This document shows positions 35,344 through 43,472 of a stretch of DNA of 45,464 nt, piece by piece. The stretch is from the NCBI GenBank assembly GCA_031364965.1, contig JANLXF010000222.1, positions 1 through 45,464 of the forward strand, in the 5' to 3' direction. The notes below the pieces were generated by a model that had not been told where the DNA came from, did not search any database, and worked only from the letters and a program-made list of their open reading frames with translations. Made by a program: the position numbers and the translations under genes. This stretch comes from Actinomycetes bacterium (GTDB taxonomy: Bacteria; Actinomycetota; UBA4738; HRBIN12). Every line of letters starts with the position of its first letter. Positions within the stretch are counted from its first letter, which is position 1.

Positions 35344-35984
35344 GCGTCGTCTCCGAGGTAGGCGTCGAGGGCGCGTCGCACCTTGGCGCGCGCCCGGTGC
35401 AGCAGCACCCGTTGATTGGTCTCGGTCAGATCCAGAGCGTTACGTACCTCTTGGGAGGTCCATCCCGCGACGTCGCGCAGCCGGAGCACTTCGGCCTGCA
35501 TCGGGGGCAGCGAGGCGAGCACGCCGGCGACGATGCCGCGGGTCTCGGCCGAGAGCAGGCGCTCCTCGGGGATGCCCCGCCAGTCGTGGGGCAGACTCGA
35601 CCAGTGACCGGCCCACGGCTCACCTTCACCCTTGAACGAGGATGGGTCCCACGCTGGCGCGTCGAGGTCGTCGCCCGCGAGCGAGGCGAAGGGGACGCTT
35701 CGGCCCTCTCGCTGACCGCGGGTCTTCGCGATGTTCGTGAGGATCCGGAAGATCCAGGTTCGAAGCGACGACCGACCCTCGAACGTGCCGAGCCCCTGAA
35801 GGACGCCGAGCCAGCACTCTTGGACGCATTCTTCGGCGACGGCCTGCGTCGATACGAACATCCTTGCGACCCGGAGCATCGATGACTGCAGCCGCTCGAC
35901 GAGCGCCATGAACGCGTCCTCGTCGCCGGCGCGGAGCCGTTCGACCAGGGCGAGATCTGCCGCGTAGGGAGTGTTGTCGTCCAC
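35340..35984 (-). CDS. ECF RNA polymerase sigma factor
   Basis: AEECVQECW, FEGRSSLRTWIFRIL, TNQRVLLHRARAKVR; start uncertain (GTG 35984 or TTG 35993). Confidence 0.92.
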   Translation of the reverse strand: MDDNTPYAADLALVERLRAGDEDAFMALVERLQSSMLRVARMFVSTQAVAEECVQECWLGVLQGLGTFEGRSSLRTWIFRILTNIAKTRGQREGRSVPFASLAGDDLDAPAWDPSSFKGEGEPWAGHWSSLPHDWRGIPEERLLSAETRGIVAGVLASLPPMQAEVLRLRDVAGWTSQEVRNALDLTETNQRVLLHRARAKVRRALDAYLGDDA

Positions 35985-36033
35985 GAGGCGCAAGCCTACG
36001 GCAGAGCGGGGAGCGAGCGAGTGAACCGGCGCG

Positions 36034-37146
36034 CTAGCTCGGGCGGGAGACGCCGATGACCGGTTCCCCGTAGCCGGCCACGCTCCCGATCTGGACCTGG
36101 CCGCCGGGACCGGGGTGACGCGCGTGGATCATCATGCCGCCCCCCATGTAGAGCGCAACGTGGCTGATCGGGGAGTAGAAGAACAGCAGGTCGCCCGGCT
36201 GCATGTCGCTGATCGGCACATGGGGGTACGACGAGTACTGCGAGGCGGAGGAGTGCGGGATCGAGACGCCCGCTTGCGCCCACGCCCACATCGTGAGGCC
36301 CGAGCAGTCGAACCCGACGCTGGGATCGGCCGAGCCCCACACGTACTGGACCCCCAGGACCGACTTGGCGGCTGCGATCGCGATCTGCGCGCCGCTCGCG
36401 TTGGGTGGGGGGACGAAGCCACCGCCACCGCCGCCACCCGTGGTGCCGCCGGTGCCCCCGGTGCCCCCCGTGCCGCCGGTGCCCGGGTCGCCGGCCGCGT
36501 TCGCCTCGTCGTTCGCGGCCGCTTGCGCGGCGGCCTCCTGCGCGGCCAGGTAGTCCTGGTAGTCCTTGTTGAGCGTCTCGTACAACTGCTGCTGTTCTTG
36601 GAGCATCTTTTCGATGTCGCCGCGCTTGGCAGCCATGTCGTCGAGCTGGCCCTGCTTCGCGTTCAGCTGGGTGTCGTACTGCTGCGCAGCCCACTCGGCT
36701 TGCTGGCGGGCGGTGTCGGCGGCGGTCGCGAGGTCGGCGTCGTTCTGGGCGATCGACCCCATGAACTCCAGCCGGTCGGAGAACTCCGAGAGATCCTGGG
36801 CTCCGAGCAACACATCGACCTGCGAGCCCATCCCTGTGTACGCCTCGACCGCGCGCGCAGCGAGCCGCGTCGTGGCGGCCGACGCGAGGGCTTCCGCCTG
36901 TTGCTTGGCCTTCAGCGTCTGCGCCAGCTTGGTCTGCACGAGCTGGAGCTGGTATTTCGCCTCGTTGTACTGCTCGATCACGAGCTCGAGATCGTGGCCC
37001 AGCTGCTGGGCCTTGGCCTTGGCGGCCTCCACCTCGGCCTTCGAAGGGGCGGCGGAGGAGGCGGCGGTGAAGGAACCGAGGGCCAGGGGGAGGACGAAGA
37101 CCACGGCTGTGGCCAGCCGTGCGATCCGCGTTCGCGCCCTGGTCAT
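36034..37146 (-). CDS. Secreted NlpC/P60 peptidoglycan endopeptidase with coiled-coil N-terminus
   Basis: Signal peptide, coiled coil, Gly/Thr linker, YVWG...FDCSGL, PGDLLFF, HVALY, IHA. Confidence 0.93.
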   Translation of the reverse strand: MTRARTRIARLATAVVFVLPLALGSFTAASSAAPSKAEVEAAKAKAQQLGHDLELVIEQYNEAKYQLQLVQTKLAQTLKAKQQAEALASAATTRLAARAVEAYTGMGSQVDVLLGAQDLSEFSDRLEFMGSIAQNDADLATAADTARQQAEWAAQQYDTQLNAKQGQLDDMAAKRGDIEKMLQEQQQLYETLNKDYQDYLAAQEAAAQAAANDEANAAGDPGTGGTGGTGGTGGTTGGGGGGGFVPPPNASGAQIAIAAAKSVLGVQYVWGSADPSVGFDCSGLTMWAWAQAGVSIPHSSASQYSSYPHVPISDMQPGDLLFFYSPISHVALYMGGGMMIHARHPGPGGQVQIGSVAGYGEPVIGVSRPS

Positions 37147-37221
37147 GGTCCTCCGTAGGGTGGGGGATGGGGGATCTGACTGATATCAGAAAGGCCCCGT
37201 TTCCGGGACCTACGCGGAAAG

Positions 37222-37250
37222 AGGCTATCGGGCGGTCGGGGGGTCGTCAA
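37222..37250 (-). promoter_or_regulatory. Sigma-A type promoter TTGACG-N17-TAGCCT of the NlpC/P60 gene
   Basis: -35 at 37250-37245, -10 at 37227-37222. Confidence 0.65.
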
Positions 37251-37264
37251 ACGCCCGGGTGCGG

Positions 37265-37300
37265 GCTCGAAGGGCGGGCCTTGCGACCCGCCCTTCGAGC
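37265..37300 (-). terminator. 14-bp perfect hairpin downstream of tRNA-Pro
   Basis: GCTCGAAGGGCGGG / CCCGCCCTTCGAGC with an 8-nt loop; no U tract. Confidence 0.7.
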
Positions 37301-37308
37301 TCCTCGAG

Positions 37309-37382
37309 TCGGGACGGCGGGATTTGAACCCGCGACCTCAGCGTCCCGAACGCTGCGCGCTACCAAGCTGCGCCACGTCCCG
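37309..37382 (-). tRNA. tRNA-Pro(CGG)
   Basis: Acceptor CGGGACG/CGTCCCG, anticodon arm CAGCG-TT CGG GA-CGCTG, TTCAAAT; no encoded CCA; TACACT upstream at 37398-37393. Confidence 0.96.
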
Positions 37383-37432
37383 AGGGCTTGCCAGTGTAGC
37401 GAGCCGGCGCCGACCTTCACCAGAGGCCGTCC

Positions 37433-38308
37433 TCAGGCCGGCGCCCGCCCGAGCTCCAAGATCGTGGCTTCAGGGCGGCAGCCGAAGCGGAAGGGAGCGA
37501 ACTTGCTCGTCCCCAGTCCGGGCGAGGTATGCAGGATCGAGCCGCCCATCCGGATCAGGCCGCTCACGAGCCGGCGCGGCATCGTGCAGTTCGTGACCAG
37601 GGCGCCCACCAGCGGGAGCCGGACCTGACCGCCGTGGGTGTGTCCCGCGACCATCAGCCGGTACCCCAGCACGGCCGTCTCCGGCGCAGAGTCGGGCGAA
37701 TGCATCACGGCGATCCCGAACCGATCGGGTGCCGTGCGCGGCGCCACCCGGGAGTCGTGCCACGAGATGTGCGCGTCGTCGAGGCCGAGCAGCTCGATCG
37801 GGAGGCCGGCGAGGTTGTCCTCGCGCCGGGCGTTCGTCAGGTCGGTCCAACCGCCGGCCGCGAGCTGGGCGACCAGGTCGCTCGAGCGGCCCCGGGCGGC
37901 GCGCCGGCGCGTGCGGTTCCGGCGGAAGTACGCCAGATAATTCAGCGGCATCGGGACGAAGTAGTCGTTCGAACCGAGAACGAACCAGGAGCCCAGCCCG
38001 CCACGCACCGGCTCTACCGCCGCCACCACCGTCTCCACTGCCCCGGGCTCCGCGAGGAAGTCCCCGGTCACGATCGTCACGTCGGCGGGCGGCAGGCTCG
38101 CCAGGAATCGTGTCTTCTTCGGATCGTCCGCCACGAAGTGCAGGTCCGACAGGTGCAGGACGGTCAGCGAGTCGGGTCCCGGACCCCCCGCCGGTAGGAT
38201 GTCGAGGCGGTAACGGCGCACGCGGTACCACGAGTGCTCGATCAGGGTGCCGTACAGCACGCACACCACGCCGATCGTGGCGATCGCGAGCGGGATCAGG
38301 GGCAGCAC
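37433..38308 (-). CDS. Metallophosphoesterase (actinobacterial type found next to ponA)
   Basis: HLSDLH, TGDF, GSNDY, HSPD, GHTHGGQ, RPEA. Confidence 0.9.
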   Translation of the reverse strand: MLPLIPLAIATIGVVCVLYGTLIEHSWYRVRRYRLDILPAGGPGPDSLTVLHLSDLHFVADDPKKTRFLASLPPADVTIVTGDFLAEPGAVETVVAAVEPVRGGLGSWFVLGSNDYFVPMPLNYLAYFRRNRTRRRAARGRSSDLVAQLAAGGWTDLTNARREDNLAGLPIELLGLDDAHISWHDSRVAPRTAPDRFGIAVMHSPDSAPETAVLGYRLMVAGHTHGGQVRLPLVGALVTNCTMPRRLVSGLIRMGGSILHTSPGLGTSKFAPFRFGCRPEATILELGRAPA

Positions 38309-38321
38309 GGGAGGAGTCTAC

Positions 38322-38777
38322 GTGGGCGACGACACGCTCAAGACGCAGGTTCAAGCGCAGATGACCGGGGCCATGAAGGCCGGGGACAAGGTCCGGCTGG
38401 GCGCTCTCCGGATGCTCATCGCGGCCATCACGAACCGCGAGAAGGAGGTCATGCACGACCTCAGCGACGACGAGGTGCGCGAGATGGCCGGCAAAGAGGT
38501 CAAGAAGCGCACCGAGTCGATCGAGGCCTTCGACGCGGCCGGCCGGACCGAGCTCGCCGACAAGGAACGCGAGGAGCGCTCGATCCTCGAGGCGTTCGCA
38601 CCCTCGCAGCTCTCGACGGAGGCCACCGACGCGTTGATCGACGAGGCCTTTGCCGCGACCGGCGCCACGACCGCCCAGGAGCTGGGCAAGGTCATGGGAT
38701 TCATCATGGGCAAGGCCAAGGGGCAGGTCGACGGCGGCGCCGTGCAGCAGAAGGTGAAGGCTCGGCTCGAGAGCTGA
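38322..38777 (+). CDS. GatB/YqeY domain protein
   Basis: AMKAGDKVRLGALRM, KKRTESIEAF, LGKVMG; GGAGGAG RBS before GTG 38322. Confidence 0.92.
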   Translation: MGDDTLKTQVQAQMTGAMKAGDKVRLGALRMLIAAITNREKEVMHDLSDDEVREMAGKEVKKRTESIEAFDAAGRTELADKEREERSILEAFAPSQLSTEATDALIDEAFAATGATTAQELGKVMGFIMGKAKGQVDGGAVQQKVKARLES

Positions 38778-38795
38778 GCGAACCGCGCGCCGCCC

Positions 38796-41216
38796 CTACC
38801 TCCGGTGGGTGGGCGCCCCGTTGCCTCCCACCTTCTTGCCCACGGTGATCGTCACGGTCGTGCCTTGGTCGGCCTTCGTGCCGCCGCCGGGGGCCTGCAG
38901 GAGCACCACGCCGTAGCGGGCGGGATCGGTCACTTCCTTCTCCACCACCTTGACGAGGAACCCGGCATCCGTCAGGGCCGCCTGGGCCTCGGCGGACTTC
39001 ATGCCCACCACTTTGGGCACGACGACCACGGCGGGAACGCCGCTGCTCACCTCGAGCGTGATGAGGCTCCCGAGGGCCGTCACGGTGCCTCCCGCCGGCG
39101 TCTGGGTCACCACGACACCCTTGGGCTCGGCCGAGTCGACGACCGTCACCCTGGCCTGGAACCCCGCGAGCGCCAGCTTCTGCACCGCGCCGGGCTTGTT
39201 CAACCCGACGACGTTGGGCACTGGTCCGGTCGGCGGCGCGGGCGGCGCGGGGAAGCCCTCGGCGGGCATGCCGAGCATCACGCGCGACATGTACGCGCGC
39301 CAGATCGGCGCCGCGAGGGTGCCGCCGAAGACGTCGCCCATCGAGTACGGGTCGCCGGGCGACCCCACCCAGACCGCCGTCACCACTTGCCGGGTGTACC
39401 CCATGAACCACACGTTCGTGTTGCCGTTCGCGGTGCCCGTCTTGCCGGCCACCGGCCATGACCCGAGGTTGGCGGCGGTGCCCGTTCCCTGACGCACGAC
39501 GTCCTCGAGCATCGCCGAGATCTGGTGCGCGATCTCGGGCTTGATCGCCGGCGCGCACCCGTCGCCGTGGACGTAGATCTCGCCTTTGTCCCCGACGATC
39601 CTGTCCACGCTGTACGGCGGACAGTGCACGCCGCCGTTCGCGAGCGTCTGGTAGCCGGAGGCCATCTCGAGCGGCGTGACGTCCACCGAGCCCGTCGCCA
39701 GCGCGTCGACCGCCGGGATGTCGGTCGTGATGCCCATCCGGTGCGACATCGTCACGACGTTCGAGGCGCCCACGTCCTGGATCAGCTGGGCGAACACGAC
39801 GTTCACCGAGTCGGTGGTGGCCTGGTACAGGTTGATGAAGCCCCGACTACCCGGGCCCTCGGCGTTCTGGACGCAGTTGCAGTCGCTCCCGGGCCATCCC
39901 CCCGGCGGGAAGTACGGAGAGGTGCTGTCGTACACCTGGGTGGGCGGGATCCCCTGTTCGAACGCCGCTGCCAGCACGAACGGCTTGTAAGACGAGCCGG
40001 GCTGGTGCGCGGTCGTCGCCAAGCGAAGGAGGTCCTCGCGGTAGTTCCTGCCCGAGAGCATCGTGCGGATCGCCCCCGTCCGCGCCTCGAGCGAGACGAT
40101 CGCCGTGTCGGGTTTGAGCTTGCCGGGGGGCGTGTAGGGCGAGACGGCGTACGGCTGGTTCGCGGCGGACTGGGCGTAGGCCTGCCACCTCGGGTCCAGC
40201 GTGGAGTAGATCTTCAGGCCGCCCTCGTAGAGCGAGCGCCGGCGCGCCTTCTCGCTCTTGCCGAGCACGTCGAATTCACCGTCGGGGTTCTGGATGATCT
40301 GCTCGGTCATGTAGGTCACGAAGAACGGCGGTCGCTTCAGCTTGAGCTTGCCCGCGTCCTTCGCGAGCTCGATCTTCGTCGCCTTGACCTTGTCGGCCTT
40401 GACCTGCGTGATGATGCCGTCGGCCGCCATCCGGTTCAAGACGTCGTTGCGGCGCAGCCGCGCCTTCACCGGCTTGTCGAGCGGGTCGTAGTACTCGGGT
40501 GCCCGGATCATGCCGGCGAGCATCGCTCCTTCGGGAAGGGTGAGCTCCGACGCGGGCTTGCCGAAGTAGAAGTCCGACGCGGTGCCGAAGCCGTAGATCC
40601 CGTTCCCCATGTAGATCTGGTTCAGGTACAGCTCGAAGATCTCGTTCTTCGAGTACTTCTCCTCCACGCGCAGGGCGAGCGCCAGCTCCTGGAACTTGCG
40701 CTCGAACGTCTGGGATGTGTCACCGCCACCGATCGTGTTCTTGACCAGCTGCTGGGTGATCGTGGAGCCGCCCTGCACGACCTGGCCGGCCCGTGCGTTC
40801 TCGACGAGGGCACGAACCAGCGAGCTCCAGTTCAGCGCGCCATGCTCGTAGAACCCCGAGTCCTCGATCGCGAGCACGGCCTTGCGCGCGATCGGGGCGA
40901 TGCGCTTGAGGCGCACGAGCTCGCGGTTGTCCAGGTACACCGTCGCGAGCACGGTCCTGCCGTCGGCGGCGTAGATCGTCGAGCGCTCGGGGAACCGGGG
41001 GATCCGCGTGAAGTCGGCGCCCAATCGGTCCAGCTTGGCCTGGATCCGGTGGGCTCCGAAGGCGGCGCCCGCGAACGGCGGCGCGAGGATGATCGCCATG
41101 AGCCCGGAGGCCAGCAGGACGACGGGCACGATCAAGAGCGCCGCGAACGGCTTGAAGGCCGGCCGGTCCGAGAGCGGACGCAGGTCGGTCCGAGGCGTGT
41201 GGGAGACACCGGCCAT
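38796..41216 (-). CDS. ponA: Class A penicillin-binding protein with C-terminal PASTA domains
   Basis: TM anchor, transglycosylase EDSGFYEHG / GGSTITQQLVKN / RKFQE, transpeptidase SSYK, SVN, KTG, two PASTA repeats. Confidence 0.93.
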   Translation of the reverse strand: MAGVSHTPRTDLRPLSDRPAFKPFAALLIVPVVLLASGLMAIILAPPFAGAAFGAHRIQAKLDRLGADFTRIPRFPERSTIYAADGRTVLATVYLDNRELVRLKRIAPIARKAVLAIEDSGFYEHGALNWSSLVRALVENARAGQVVQGGSTITQQLVKNTIGGGDTSQTFERKFQELALALRVEEKYSKNEIFELYLNQIYMGNGIYGFGTASDFYFGKPASELTLPEGAMLAGMIRAPEYYDPLDKPVKARLRRNDVLNRMAADGIITQVKADKVKATKIELAKDAGKLKLKRPPFFVTYMTEQIIQNPDGEFDVLGKSEKARRRSLYEGGLKIYSTLDPRWQAYAQSAANQPYAVSPYTPPGKLKPDTAIVSLEARTGAIRTMLSGRNYREDLLRLATTAHQPGSSYKPFVLAAAFEQGIPPTQVYDSTSPYFPPGGWPGSDCNCVQNAEGPGSRGFINLYQATTDSVNVVFAQLIQDVGASNVVTMSHRMGITTDIPAVDALATGSVDVTPLEMASGYQTLANGGVHCPPYSVDRIVGDKGEIYVHGDGCAPAIKPEIAHQISAMLEDVVRQGTGTAANLGSWPVAGKTGTANGNTNVWFMGYTRQVVTAVWVGSPGDPYSMGDVFGGTLAAPIWRAYMSRVMLGMPAEGFPAPPAPPTGPVPNVVGLNKPGAVQKLALAGFQARVTVVDSAEPKGVVVTQTPAGGTVTALGSLITLEVSSGVPAVVVVPKVVGMKSAEAQAALTDAGFLVKVVEKEVTDPARYGVVLLQAPGGGTKADQGTTVTITVGKKVGGNGAPTHRR

Positions 41217-41265
41217 TGGGATCGCGGTCAGGATACCCCTCCCTGCCTGCGGGTACGATGGGCAG

Positions 41266-42600
41266 ATGCGACGCGTGGCCCTGTTCCTGTGCGCCCTCGG
41301 CATGGTTGCGAGCTGGCCGGGTTCCGCCGGCGCGCAGTCCACGAGCACGTCGGTCGTCGTGCTTCGCGTGGAAGGAGCGATCGACCGGCCCCTCCTGTCC
41401 TACCTGCAGGACCGCCTAACGCAAGCCGAGGCCGACGGCGCGATCGTCGTGCTGCAGATCGACACATCGGGCACGATCGACGAGGACGGTGTCGCGCTGG
41501 CGCAGATGGTGGCCGACCTCGAGGTCCCGACGATCGCATGGGTCGGTCCCGCCCCGGCGCGAGCATCGGGGGCAGGGCTCCTCCTGTTGTATGCGAGCTC
41601 GATCGCCGCCGTGTCGCCGGGCTCGCAGACGGGTCCGCGCTCGCCGATCGACCTCGTGCATCCCGACCGGCCCGCTCCGGGGCTGGACGCGACGATCGCG
41701 GGGTGGCTCGCGGCCAAGGACAAGCCGATCCCCACCGGCGACGACGAGCACCCGATGCCGGGTCAGGAGGCGATCGATTCCGGGATCGCGACCCAGGCGG
41801 CCACCTCGGTGCCCGAGCTGCTGAACCAGGTCGACGGCCTCACCGTGCAGACGCCCGTCGGACCCGTCGAGCTGCAGACGAGGATCGCCACCGACGCGCA
41901 GCAGGCGAACCAGCGTGTGGTCGACATCCGGTTCGACAACATGGGACCGGTGATGCGGACCGCGCACGGGGTGGCGTCGCCTTCGATGATCTATTTCTTG
42001 CTGGTGATCGGACTCGCGTGCCTGGCCTTCGAGATGACCCAGCCCGGGTTCGGCTTCGCCGGGTTCGCAGGGGCCGGCATGGTCGCCCTTGCCGCGTACG
42101 GGATCTGGGTGGTGCCGCCGTTCTGGCCCGGCATGCTGCTGCTCGTTGGCGGGGTGGGGCTGATGATGCTTGATGTCCGGATCCGGAACCTCGGTCTGGT
42201 GACGGTGCTCGGGCTCGTCGCCTTCGCATCAGGTTCCGTGCTCGCCTGGCACGGGGTGGCCGAGACGATCCGCGTCTCGCCGTGGCTGATCGGTGGCGCG
42301 ACGGTGGCGAGTCTCCTCTATTACGGGTTCGGGCTCACGGTCGCCCTGCAGTCGCGCGATCGCATCTCGAACACCCAGCGCGGTCTGATCGGGCTGGTGG
42401 GCGAGGCGCGCGGCAAGCTCGCCCCCGAGGGGCCCGTCTACGTGAAGGGCACGATGTGGCGCGGGCGGAGCACGACCGGCGCCATCGCGCCCGGTACGCC
42501 GGTGCGGATCCGCGGCGTCGACGGGCTGGTCCTGCGGGTCGAGCCCGACCCCGGCGCCACCCCGACCCTCCGAGACCCGGAGCCCGTGCAAGCAGAGTGA
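41266..42600 (+). CDS. NfeD family protein (ClpP-like domain, TM region, OB-fold)
   Basis: VEGAID...LQIDTSG, WVGPAPARASGAG, FEMTQPG, GLIGLVGEA...GPVYVKGTMWRG. Confidence 0.85.
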   Translation: MRRVALFLCALGMVASWPGSAGAQSTSTSVVVLRVEGAIDRPLLSYLQDRLTQAEADGAIVVLQIDTSGTIDEDGVALAQMVADLEVPTIAWVGPAPARASGAGLLLLYASSIAAVSPGSQTGPRSPIDLVHPDRPAPGLDATIAGWLAAKDKPIPTGDDEHPMPGQEAIDSGIATQAATSVPELLNQVDGLTVQTPVGPVELQTRIATDAQQANQRVVDIRFDNMGPVMRTAHGVASPSMIYFLLVIGLACLAFEMTQPGFGFAGFAGAGMVALAAYGIWVVPPFWPGMLLLVGGVGLMMLDVRIRNLGLVTVLGLVAFASGSVLAWHGVAETIRVSPWLIGGATVASLLYYGFGLTVALQSRDRISNTQRGLIGLVGEARGKLAPEGPVYVKGTMWRGRSTTGAIAPGTPVRIRGVDGLVLRVEPDPGATPTLRDPEPVQAE

Positions 42601-42684
42601 CCGCGTGACGATCCGGTAACGAGACCCATGTATCCGGCCGCGGCCAGAATCCTTCGGGGCCTGCTTCTCGAATCACCTATCGAG

Positions 42685-42954
42685 ATGCCCGACGACCTCA
42701 CCACCCGTTGGCAGCACGACGCCGCCTGTCGCGGTGAGGATTCCAGCTACTTCTACGCGCCCAACTACTTCGAGAAGCGCGCCCAGAAGAACGCCCGCGA
42801 GGCGGTGGCCAAGGCGTTGTGTGTGCGATGCCCGGTGCGCGAGGTCTGCTTGGAGTACGCCCTCGATGTCCGCGAGACCCACGGGATCTGGGGCGGCTAC
42901 AACGAGATGGAGCGGCGCGCGATCCTGCGCGAACGAGCGCGCCGGGCGGGCTGA
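42685..42954 (+). CDS. WhiB family Fe-S transcriptional regulator
   Basis: WQHDAAC...CVRC...C and GIWGG; start uncertain. Confidence 0.93.
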   Translation: MPDDLTTRWQHDAACRGEDSSYFYAPNYFEKRAQKNAREAVAKALCVRCPVREVCLEYALDVRETHGIWGGYNEMERRAILRERARRAG

Positions 42955-43001
42955 CCCGGCCGGCCCTGCGGGATGGCCGACGCCGTGCGAGGATGCCCGC
43001 T

Positions 43002-43472
43002 ATGAACGACGCCGAGGTGATAGCCCGCCTGTCCGCGCTCGGGATCGAGCTGCCGCCCGTCCCCAAGGCCGTTGCCGCCTACGTGCCGGTCCGGATCGCC
43101 GGAACTACGCTGCACGTGGCCGGTCAGGTCCCGATGCGCGACGGCGTGCTGGTCCACCCCGGGCACCTGGGTGCGAACGTCATGGTGGACGACGGCCGTG
43201 AGGCCGCCCGGCAAGCGGCGCTGCAGGCGCTTTCGGCGATCCGCGACGCGCTCGGCGGCTTCGACCGGCTCGATCGCCTCACGCAGGTCACGGTGTACAT
43301 CGCGGCGACACCCGAGTTCGTGGAACACCCGACCGTCGCGAATGGTGCCAGCGAGGTGCTCGCCGACGTGTTCGGGGAGGCGGGGCAGCACGCCCGCGCA
43401 GCCGTCGGGATGTCGTCGTTGCCGCTCGGTGCGTGCGTCGAAGTACAGGTGGCCGCGCAGCTGACGGGCTAG
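43002..43472 (+). CDS. RidA/YjgF family protein
   Basis: LGIELP, AYVP, AGQVP, VANGAS, HARAAVG, LPLGACVEV. Confidence 0.92.
   Translation: MNDAEVIARLSALGIELPPVPKAVAAYVPVRIAGTTLHVAGQVPMRDGVLVHPGHLGANVMVDDGREAARQAALQALSAIRDALGGFDRLDRLTQVTVYIAATPEFVEHPTVANGASEVLADVFGEAGQHARAAVGMSSLPLGACVEVQVAAQLTG

Noticed and set aside
36420-36485. 9-bp GC-rich tandem repeats
   Set aside because: They encode the GGT/GGG linker of the NlpC/P60 protein; not CRISPR or a mobile repeat
39525-42173. Very long antisense ORFs (882 aa here; also 24191-26068 and 32899-34509)
   Set aside because: Shadow frames of real genes in high-GC DNA; Arg/Gly-rich with no domain motifs
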